Assembly (NCBI RefSeq): GCF_030028105.1
Contig: NC_092392.1
Coordinates: forward strand, 18,058,613-18,122,612
Source of the DNA: Mobula birostris
Taxonomy: Eukaryota
Length of the DNA stretch: 64,000 nt
Reading direction: 5' to 3'
In this document: positions 1-10,410 of the stretch, piece after piece
How positions within the stretch are numbered: the first letter of the stretch is position 1
How the letters are laid out: each line of letters begins with the position of its first letter
Position numbers and translations under genes: made by a program
Notes under the pieces: model-generated
Seen by the model: the letters and a program-made list of their open reading frames with translations, nothing else
Databases searched by the model: none
What the model was told of the DNA's origin: nothing

Positions 1-1598
1 TGAGAGGGAAATGGGAATGGGGAATGGAGGAAGTGGGAATTACCGATGTTCATGGCATCAGGTTGGAGGCTACCCAGACAACTTGAATGTGGACTCATCA
101 TGACAGTAGGCCATGGACTGACATGTCGGAAGGGGAATAGGAAGTGGAATTAAAATAGGTGGCCACTGGGAGATCGCGCTTTTTTCTGAGAAAGGGAGCA
201 TTGGTGCTCAGCGAAGCAGCCTCCCAGTCTGCATTGGTTCTCACCGATATGCTGGAGGTCACACCGGGAGCACCGGATACAGTAGATGATCCCAACAGAC
301 TCACAGGTGAAGTGTCGCCTCACCTGGAAGGACTGTTTGGACCCTGAATGGTAGTGAGGCAGGAGGTGGAGGGGCAGGTGTAGCACTTGTTCAGTTGCAA
401 GGATAAGTGCCAGAAGGGAGATCAGTTGGGGAAGGATGAATGGACAAGGGAGTCACGTAGGGAGTGTTCCCTGCACAAAGCAGTAAGTTGTGGGGTGGGG
501 GTGGGGGGGAGGAAAAAATGTGCTTGGTGGTGGGATCCCTTTGGAGATGGCAGAAGTTCTGGAGAATTATGTGCTGACTCAGAGCCTGGTGGGGTGGCAG
601 GTGAGGACAAGTGGTGGGATTATGGGGTGAGGGCAGACGTGCAAAATGGAAGAAATGTGGTTGAGGGCAGCGTTGATGGTGGAGGAAGGGAAGCCACTTT
701 CTTTGAAGAAGGAGGACATCTCCTTAGTTCTGGAATGTAAAACCTCATCCTGAGAGCAGATGTGATGGATACGGAGGAACTGAGAGAAGAGAATGGAGTT
801 TTTACAAGTAAAAGGATGGGAAGAGGTATAGTTCAGGTCACTGTGAAAGTCCATGGGTTTATAATAGACATCAGTAGAAAAGAGGTCTCCAGAGATACGT
901 TCAGAGAGGTCGAGAAAGGGGAGGGAAATGGACCGGGTAAATTTGAGGGCAGGGTGGAAGTTGGAGGAAAAATTGATGAAGTCGACAAGCTCCACCTGGG
1001 TGCAGGAAACAGTACCAACGCAGTCATCGATGTAGTGTAGGAAAAGTTGGGGAGTGATACCAGTGTAGGCTTGGAACACAGACTGTTCCACGTAGCCAAA
1101 AAACAGGCAGGCAAAGCTGGGACCCATGCAAGTGCCCGTGGCTGCACCTTTTGCTTGAAGGAAGGGGGAGAAGCCAAAGGAGAAATTATTTAGAGTGAGG
1201 ACAAGTTCCGCCAGATGGAGGAGAGTGATGGTGGAGGGGAACTGGTTGGATCCGGTGTCCAGAAAGAGAGCGAGGGCTTTGAGGCCTTCCTAGTGGGGGA
1301 TGGAGATATATAGGGACTGGACATCCATAGTGAAAATAAGATGACTGGGGCCAGGGAACTTGAAATTATTGAAAAGATCAAGACCGTGTGAAGCGTCACT
1401 GATTAGGTAGGAAAAGACTCAACCAGGGGGTATAAAATTGAGTCAAGGTATGCAGATATAAGTTCAGTGGGGCAGGAACAAGCAGAAACAATGGGTCTAC
1501 CTGGACAGTCAGGTTTCTGGATCTTTGGTAGAAGGTAAAATCTGAGGTGCATGGCGTGGGAACTATGAGGTTAGTGGCAGTATATGGGAGATCCCCAG
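1..1598 (-). mobile_element. Penelope-like element (Neptune-type), decayed RT plus GIY-YIG endonuclease
   Basis: ORF 579-1127 has MGPSFACLF...LHYIDD (RT core). ORF 150-386 has IIYCIRCSRC...HIGE...RLG..FAEH (GIY-YIG with CxxC). Multiple frameshifts. Confidence 0.9.
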
Positions 1599-1614
1599 GT
1601 TTTGTTTTTTTTTA

Positions 1615-1713
1615 CAAGAATTATGTGCTGGGTGTGGAGGCAGGCAGGATGGTAGGTGAGGACAAGAGGAACCCTATCCCTGGTGGGGTGGCGGGAGGAT
1701 GGGGCGAGGGCAG
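1615..1713 (-). mobile_element. Second Penelope fragment (RT-to-EN linker, RDRVPLVLTYHP)
   Basis: Duplicates the segment at about 568-637 of the adjacent element. Confidence 0.7.
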
Positions 1714-1887
1714 CCCCACTAATTTTGCCAAAAATATTTTCGAGTGTTTTAAATTTTGGTATAAATACTAAAATGAAATATTCTGACAAATAATGAGAAT
1801 GTATTTTACAATAGATTTCCATAAAGTTATTGTATCATTGTTTACAAATATGTTGTATCATCTTTTTTCAAATCACAAATTTGAATA

Positions 1888-2520
1888 CCTAGGGTATTCA
1901 AATACCTGGGGGCAATCATCAGTGATGAAGGATCAAGACCAGAAGTCCTGGCAAGAAGCGCACAGACAATGACTGCACTATCCAAACTCACGACAATATG
2001 GAGGTTCAGCAACATCACCATGAAGTACAAGATCAGACTCCTGCATGCACTGGTATTCTCCATCTTCCTGTACGCATGTGTGACATGGACCCTCACAGCA
2101 GAGCTACAGAGGAAGATACAGGCCTTGGAAATGAGATGCTATCGCAACAACTTGGGCATCTCATACTTGGACCACATCACAAACGAGCAGGTCCGCTAGA
2201 CCATCCAGCACTACATTGGCCCCCATGAAGACCTTCTCACAACGGTGAAGAAAAGAAAGCTGAAATGGTACGGCCACATAACAAGATCCAGTGGCCATGC
2301 AAAGACCATTCTACAAGGAACTGTAGAGGGGAAAATAAGGAGAGGTAAACAGAGGAAAAGATGGACGGACAACAATAAAGAATGAACAGGGAAAACAATT
2401 GCGCTGACCCAGGCTCTGGCACACAACTGCTACAGATGGAACAGACTGGTGCAAAGCTTGTCATGACAGCACCCCGATGACTCCACCAGGAGTTAAGGGC
2501 ACAAGGAAGGAAGGAAGGAT
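1888..2520 (+). mobile_element. 5'-truncated RTE-clade LINE with (AAGG)n tail and 9-bp TSD
   Basis: FKYLG...SIFLYACVTWTL...EMRCYR...KLKWYGH...ILQGTVEGK..RG.QRKRW.D is an RTE C-terminus. TSD atttgaata at 1879-1887 and 2521-2529. Confidence 0.88.
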
Positions 2521-3079
2521 ATTTGAATAAAGACTCTGACTCACAGCTCAATATAAAGCTGCTCTAGTGTCCAAATGGCAGCAACGCTTTGTCCTCCATG
2601 AATGCTTAAGGCAAAATATACTACTACAAAGTGGCAGTTCCAGGCCACCAATCAACCAACCACTGGCCAGGCAGAATGGGAAACGTACAGTCTGAATACT
2701 TATCATTGATGCGCATAATTGCCCGTAAAAAAATACAATCTGCTTATAAAAGAACGAGATAAATGCCTGCAAGTAAATCGCCAAGATTGGACAACTCAAC
2801 ACAAGCAAAGCTGCGCAAGGTTTGGCCAGTACCCAGAGATTCTATTACTCTATGTTTTAATTTTAATATTTAATACGGCAGGACAGCCTAATGAAACTAC
2901 TCTGTTAGAAAAAAAAGTCATTCCATTAGGCAGTGGTAGAGTGGCAAAATCACACAGGGGTTTAGGCAGTTCTTTTTATAACCATTGATGCATTTATCCA
3001 ATATATTTTCGACAATATTTTTTAAAATGAGCATCATTGCACAGCCATTTTTCGCTCAATATCGGCACGACCAAAGAGC

Positions 3080-3550
3080 TGATAAGTGACTTCAGATGAG
3101 GAAACCAGAGGTCCATGAGCCAGCTCTCATCAGGGGATCAGAGGTGGAGAGGATCAGCAACGACAAATTCCCTGATGTGATCATTTCAGAGAACCTGCAC
3201 TGGGTCCACCAAGTAAGAGCCATCACGAAGAAAGCACGGCAGCACCTCGGCTTTCTTAGAGGGTTGCACAGTCTCGGCATTTCATCTAAAACTTTGACAA
3301 ACTTCTATAGATATGTTGTGGAGAGTATACGAACTGGCTGCATCACAGCCTGGTATGGAAACACCAATGCCCTTGAATAGAAGAGCCGACTAACAGTAGT
3401 GGATACGGCCCAGTCCATCGTGGGTAAAGCCCTTCCCACCATCCTATTGTGTTCTCGTATTTACTATGAATGCCCACAAGTAAATTAATCTCAGGGTTGT
3501 ATATGGTGACCTATACGTACTTTGATAATAAAAATTACTTTGAACTTTGA
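3080..3550 (+). mobile_element. Rex1/Babar-like LINE 3' fragment
   Basis: EVERIS..KF...KKARQHL.FLR...LTNFYRYVVESI.TGCITAWYG; tail ends ctttgaactttga. Confidence 0.8.
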
Positions 3551-5100
3551 AACTTAAACATGTTGTTCTTTTGGTTTGTATGCTTTTGTGGCAATTGCTA
3601 CCCAGAAATTGCAGTTACACATAAATTGTAAAAGAAATAGTTTAGTTGGCCCAATCAGGTAATGTTAATAAATGCTAAGGTCTGATATCAAAAAAGGATG
3701 CAAATTGCTTGGCAGACATGCATAGTATATAACTGTTCGAACAAGTGTTTGTTCCATGGCTGTCTGACACAATTATTTCTTAATATGCTACAAAGGTGAT
3801 TTGTCCAAGTTTTGATTTTTCAATTTTTTTTTTATTTTTGATTTTTCTCACCATCAACAAGGAAGTATCACAGATCAAAGAGTCAAAACAGCAAGGAAAG
3901 GATTTTCAGCAAGAACTGGAGTACTTCCTTGATGGACTTTTGAGTGTAGTTCACTACTCCATGAGCTTCAGAACCACTGACCTAGTTAATACTCTTCCTG
4001 GTTACTGAGAACACTCAGTTAGGCAAGCAACTGTTTCATCCCAAACACAAAAGACTGACCGTTGGAATATCTGTTCAGAAATCAATTCTAATACCATACT
4101 TTGAAGAAAGTTGTTTACAATTTAGTAGGTAAATATCAATAATTCCTCAAGAACTTCCCTCTTTAGCTGTTCCCAACCTCAGGACTCCTATGTACAGATG
4201 TTGCAATGTACTATCTGCTAAAGTTTTGTGGATGGATATGGGAAAACAACAAATATTTCTGTACATCAGGAACATTCATCATCTTTGACAGACAACCAAC
4301 CGGGGAGAGAACAGCCCAGCATCCGTCACTGGATAGTGCTTGGTCTAGTTCCTGTTATTTGATGGTATCCACAGCACTGAAGGTCTTGCTCCCGAGTAAT
4401 TTGTAAAGTCAGCTTTACGCAATTGGGGGTTGGGGGGGGGGGGTAGCATAACCTTTCTCATTAGGTCAGATGAGTTGGGTTACTCGGTGCAGACTGCAAA
4501 CTATGGGTCGAGTGAAACTCAGTAATCACTAGAGTGTTCAAATTTCCAAACCAACAACAGTCTCTTTTAACTCCAGCTTTGGGATTGGCTCCAGTGACAA
4601 ATTCAAATACTAGTCTTGTGCTCTGAAGAGGAGTACAATGTGAACCAACTGCATGTAAATCATTTCTTCTACCTCACTACAGTCCAGTTCATTCAGGTAC
4701 TTTTACCAATTTCATACTGCAATCATTGGAATCCCATTATTGATATATTTTATATATAATTAGATTAAGACCAGATAGCTAGGTGGAATATTATGCACTC
4801 AGCTTTTATCACAACCTTCTCAAGAATATACCCAAGAGCAGACGAATAAAAAATATTTTTCATAGTCTTTCAGGAAATATCACAATAACAATGAAAGCAA
4901 ACTCATTGTTCCTCACCTTGCTAGAGTCCCTGTTTGCTGATCCTAGCAGGTACATACCTTGGTTCCTTCAGGTCAGCAAATAATGACAATTCCCTATCCT
5001 TGCACACTTGCAAATAATGGCCAATACCTGTCTTGCCTTCTGTTTACTTGGTACATCGTAAGATCTCTATTCATTTGCCTCACGATATTTTAATAACATT

Positions 5101-5318
5101 AAGATGAAGAAATCTGCAGATGCTGGAAATCCAAAGCAACACAAACAAAATGCTGGAGGAACTCAGCAGGCCAGGGAGCATCTATCAGTATAGTTGACAT
5201 TTTGGGCCAAGGCTATTCGCTACTCCTGATGAAGGGTCTCAGCCCAAAACGTCAAATGTTTACTCTTTCCCAACAATGCTGCCTGGCCTGCTGAGTTCCT
5301 CCAGCATTTTGTGTGTGT
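5101..5318. mobile_element. Palindromic mini-Penelope insert (two inverted 3' termini)
   Basis: aaaatgctggaggaactcagcaggccagg and its reverse complement flank a degenerate CTGATGA...AAAAC core. Imperfect TSD at 5086-5100 / 5319-5333 (13/15). Confidence 0.8.
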
Positions 5319-6990
5319 TATTTAAATAATATTGCTTTTTTAAAATATTATGTTTCCTAACATTATATTCCATCTCCCACTGTTTTCCCCTAGTTTCTTC
5401 ATCTGTGATGCTTGTTTTCCCTATCTTTGTATAGCGGACAGACTTGCATCTACTCATCTGTATATTCCCTAGAACTCACTGCCTATGCACCCACTTGCCA
5501 AGTAAATGAATCCTTTTTATTTCTACTCTCTATTTTCTGTCATATTAAAATACTACCCACAAGACCAAGAACCCTCATCTTGTTCAACGGAGTTTTGTAC
5601 AGTGGCACCTAATTGAACATCTTTTGGAAATCAAATGCATTAAATCTACTACTAGTTCTTCTTTCTCCTTCCTGCTGAGGACAGTCTCAAAGCATTTAAA
5701 TAAATCAAATTTCACACGTAAGTCCAAGCTACCTTAATGCAAAGGTTAAGAATGAATGTATCAGAGAGGTCAAGCAGCCCCAATAATCAAAATTAGGGTA
5801 TTTCACTGAATTTTTATTCATAATATTGATTATGAAGGTGGAATTAACAGAATATTTTGTATATTAATATTGAGGCAAAAAGCAAGATAGCTTTCCAACT
5901 TCATATATTTCAGCCAGAATAGGAAAATATTTCAAAATTATCTGGTAATGAAAGTGAGAATTGGTATCTGAAGTACACACCAGATATACTTCATTGGCTG
6001 CAAGAGAGCTTTGTAAGTTCAAAAAGTATTGAATTAAACATGTTATTTCTTTGCATGTGGCTGCAGAAACCAGTTATACGTTTGAAGTTACAGATAACAA
6101 AATCAAACAGTCAGAAGATTAAATGTAGTTTTAAAAAAAATATTACAAAGAAGGTAAAATTATTAGCAAGAAGAGAAAAGTTAATAAGCAACAGCTCCTT
6201 TAATTCCAAATAATCTTTTCTCCCTTGCTTCTACAAGGTGGTAACAACTATAGATGTCCATGGGAGTTTAAGCTTGTCACCATAATAGGCTGTGTCTTGA
6301 TTCATTTGGATTCCAAGCTGTATTTAAAATAAATTCCTTTCTGCACTTTCTTTCTATGCTTTTCGATCAGCAAGTTTACATTATGATTGTTGAAAAGCTG
6401 TCATTCACAACTCTATCTCTGCATGATGAATGGATTGCATGTGGTTGTTTAAAGGCCAATAAATCTTTGTACAAAGACTGGAGCATTGAGAAAAGCTCGG
6501 GAGTTCCCCAGCCTTGTTTCCACTTCTATCGCTACAAATATGGCTTTTCATAGCAGGTTTTAAATCCAAAGATTTACTATTAGAATATCAAAAATATGTA
6601 TCTGTCATGCAAAATATTTGTCATTGAAATAGTGCAATCAGCAGATGAAAAATTAGATTTCTGCCAATTGTGAGCATAAGTATGAGAAAGTAAGTGTGCA
6701 AACACGAGGGACATCGAGAAGCATGGAATTCACTTTTAAAAAAGTAGATGCTCTAATGTTTCTTTGAAAGCTTGTATTAATCATTGTTATTGATGTATAA
6801 CGTCTATCATAATAAATTCCAGATGTATGGTATAAAAGGACTAAATTCAAAATGAGGGTTGATCTATAGCATTTGGTTAAATTCTGCAATTGTTGGTACT
6901 CAGTGAGCCTCATTGCAAAATTAAGTACAATGAGAACACATTTAAAGCTTTAGACCTTTTTCAAGAAAAAATATTGCCCTGACATATCAT

Positions 6991-7719
6991 GCAACACACA
7001 TCAAAGTTGCTGGTGAACGCAGCAGGCCAGGCACCATCTCTAGGAAGAGGTACAGACGACGTTTTGGTCCGAGACCCTTCGTCAGGACTAACTGAAGGAA
7101 GAGGAGTAACTGGAGGCTACCCAGACGGAATATAAGGTGTTGTTCCTCCAACCTGAGTGTGGCTTCATCTTTACAGTAGAGGAGGCCGTGGATAGACATA
7201 TCAGAATGGGAATGGGATGTGGAATTAAAATGTGTGGCTACTGGGAGATCCTGCTGGCATGAACATTGACTTCTCAAACTTCCGCTAATGCCCCACCTCC
7301 CCCTCGTACCCTATCCATTATTTATTTATATACACACATTCTTTCTCTCTCTTTCCTTTTTCTCCCTCTGTCCCTCTGACTATACCCCTTGCCCATCCTC
7401 TGGGTTCCCCCCGCTTTCCCTTGTCCCTGGGTCTCCTGTCCCATGATCCTCTCATATCCCTTTTGCCAATCAACTGTCCAGCCCTTGGCTCCATCCCTCC
7501 CCCTCCCGTCTTCTCCTATCATTTTGGATCCCCTCCTCCCCTCTTACTTTCAAATCTCTTACTAGCTCTTCCTTCAGTTAGTCCTGACGAAGGGTCTCAG
7601 CTCGAAACGTCGACTGTACCTCTTCCTAGAGATGCTGCCTGGCCTGCTGCGTTCACCAGCAACTTTTATGTGTCTTGCTTGAATTTCCAGCATCTGCAGA
7701 ATTCCTCATGTTTGCGTGT
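6991..7719 (+). mobile_element. Penelope insertion with 5' inversion and ~113-bp inverted termini, perfect 13-bp TSD
   Basis: TSD cctgacatatcat at 6978-6990 and 7720-7732. The GIY-YIG C-terminus (LEEQHLIFRLGSLQ) is on minus at about 7104-7255, and its continuation (GMNIDFSNFR*) plus 3'UTR is on plus from about 7256. Confidence 0.9.
7580..7615 (+). ncRNA. Minimal type I hammerhead ribozyme motif (Penelope-associated)
   Basis: agtc-CTGACGA-agggtctcagctc-GAAAC-GTC-gact. Stem I is agtc/gact, stem II is GGG/CTC, stem III is the loopless palindrome ACGT, and the cleavage triplet is GUC. Confidence 0.75.
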
Positions 7720-7809
7720 CCTGACATATCATTTTTATTTTTAGAGAGACAAACACTTATCCTGTTGATTAATGAGCCAATTCTGAATCTACAATAAGAT
7801 GATTATACC

Positions 7810-8160
7810 AGAATCAGGCTCAATACCACCAGCATATGTCATGAAATTTGTTTACTTTGCAGCAGCCGTACAAAAAACTGTGAATTACAGTAAATATATA
7901 CATATATAATAGTTAAATTAATTAAGTAGTGTAAAAATAGAAATTATAAAAAAGTAGTGAGGTAGTGTTCATGGGTTCAATATCCATTTAGAAAGCAGAT
8001 GGCAGAGGGGAAGAAGCTGTTCCTGAATCGTTGAGTGTGTGCCTTCAGGCTCCTGTACCTCCTTCCTGACGGCTGCAATGAGAAGAGGGCATGTCCTGGG
8101 TGAAGGGGGTCCCCAATAATGGACGCCGCCTTTTTGAGGCATCACTTCCTGTGGACATCC
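7810..8160 (-). mobile_element. Rex1/Babar LINE 3' end
   Basis: HPGHALFSLLPSGRRYRSL-type C-terminus and (ctgatt)n-type tail on minus; same family as 40743-42119. Confidence 0.8.
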
Positions 8161-9974
8161 CCTTGGCTTCCAACAGCTCATGATCAGACAAGTGCGGAAA
8201 CAGGTGAGAAAATAAATAAATAAAATGTGAAAGGGACTGCGGTTAATTAATGAAAAAAACAAAGACTTCTGCTTTAAGTGACGTTTGGTGACCACATTTA
8301 CGAGAGTTGGGCACTGATTGGGCTGCAAGGCCAGGTATGAATGGTATCTGGGATCCTCGGCACAGCAACTTACCCAGTGCCCTGGTTTCAAGTGTATGCC
8401 ATGGTGCACAGCAAGAGGTCAGGTATATGTGCATCTACCCTCCAGTTCTTCCTGAATCCACTACTGGCTGCTCCTCATCACAACCAGCCCATTCCTCATT
8501 GCAGTCCTGCCGGCTAATTCTCCTTGTTTTCCAACCTCATTGAATTTGGAAACCTGTACACAATGACTTAAAAAAATTTATTTTTCCTAACTAGCTCCTG
8601 AGTTTATATTGTTTACCAAGCTTATGTAATATCAGGGGGCTTCAAAAGCAAGGATATTTCAACAGATGATGTGGTGACTTGCTCAGTGTATGAGAATGAG
8701 TTAGCCTTCAGTACTAAGAAACAATAATAATTCACCAAATGTGCACACTCATCATAACTGTAGCATCATTTTGTGCAAGTTTCAATACCATTGAGGAATT
8801 TCAATGGAACCGAAATTGTTTGGTGCATTAAGTAGAATGTAAGAAAGCAATAAATTCAGTTTATGGACTATTTGATTTGGAGACTCACAAGTACTACATG
8901 GAATCTGTCTGGTTTTCGGGAACCTAGTTTGCTTGAAGAGGAACTGCAGAAGTTCTCATGTGTTCAGTATTTTGAAACTACCCTGTCCTTTTGCCAAAAG
9001 GGTTTATCAGGCGTGTTTGTTGGCTGAAGGAGAGTACGTGCCGTTGACGCTGCTTTTATGTTATTTTCACTGAACTAAAGAAAAATTAGGCTTCCTGCAC
9101 TGATGCTCAGTGGTCACGCTGTGCTGCTGCAAAACGCTCCCCGTCATTAAGTACCACTGAGGTCTAGGATAGCCTGAGCAGCTCGGTCAATAACCTCAGA
9201 TTTCATCAGAAAAAAATCATTCCCTTGTCATAATATTTCAGGTAGGCTGATGATTGTCAACTTGGGACGGTCTGAAACAGCACCCAGGGGACTGGATGAT
9301 TCATTTTCTAGAGAGGCAGATGCTTGGAAAACAACCTCATTTAAAACCCCTCAGGCAAATGATAGATTTCAACTTCAAAAATAAACAGCTGCATCTCTCA
9401 ACAGTGCTAATATTAACTTGCTTTCATTTTTTTATTATGTTCCCAGAAAGATTAGTTATATTACAGCAATTTTGATAAATATCTTTCTTAATAATAAACA
9501 CTAATTGTTCTGGAGCTTCTAAGATATACTCATAATAGCACGAAGTGAAATTATTTATCCAGGTCACAAAGATATTTGGTAGTTTCATCTGGGCAAAAAA
9601 AAACTAAATAGTGCTCAAGTAGTTGAAGCCAGCTGTATTGGAGAGTGTTAGAGTGTTTTTCAAGAGCTGTGCATGAGCTTAATAGCTCACAGGGTCTCTG
9701 AAGCTATTTGACCCATGAAACTATTTTTGGCTCAACTTAAGAGCAATCTTACTTGACCCACTTCCTTGTTCTCTTTGTTATAGTCCTGAAAATTATGTTC
9801 TTTGAGATATTAATCCAGCTCCCTTTTTAATATTACCATTGGATCTGCTTCCACTACTTCCTCAGGTCCAAAACACTTATTGTTTAATATAGGGAGGGAG
9901 GGGAACATCGACTCAGACAATGAGAGGACTGCGTCGGGCATTTTCATGCCTTACAAGGCGCAGATTGGAATATA

Positions 9975-10410
9975 AATGCTGTTTATCTGCCAATCATTCT
10001 ATGTCTTCAATTCATGAACCTTTTGCCCATGGTAATAGTTTCTTCCTTACTGCTCTGAGTGTACCTTCATGGCTATAAACACCTCTATCAGATCTTCCAA
10101 CCTCCTGGGCTCCAGGGACCAACTTCTCTCCCGTCTGCCAATATAACCAACATCCACCTTCTCCAGTAAATCTCTTCTGCATCCTCTTCATTGCCTTCAG
10201 AATCTTCCTAAAGTGTTGAACCCAAAACTGGCCAAACCAGTGTTTCATTACAGTCCTTCAAGACTTCTTTGCTCTTGTACTCTAAGCCCGGGGTACCATA
10301 CACTTCTTAACCACTTTCAAACCTACTCTACCACTTTGAAAGAAATGTGCACATATACTTCCAGATCTCTGCTCTGACAACCCTTTCAGAATTGATTCTC
10401 CTTGCTTATA
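9975..10410 (-). mobile_element. Old CR1 LINE fragment
   Basis: QFWVQHFRK...RMQKRFT-like CR1 ORF2 C-terminus, degenerate. Confidence 0.55.
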
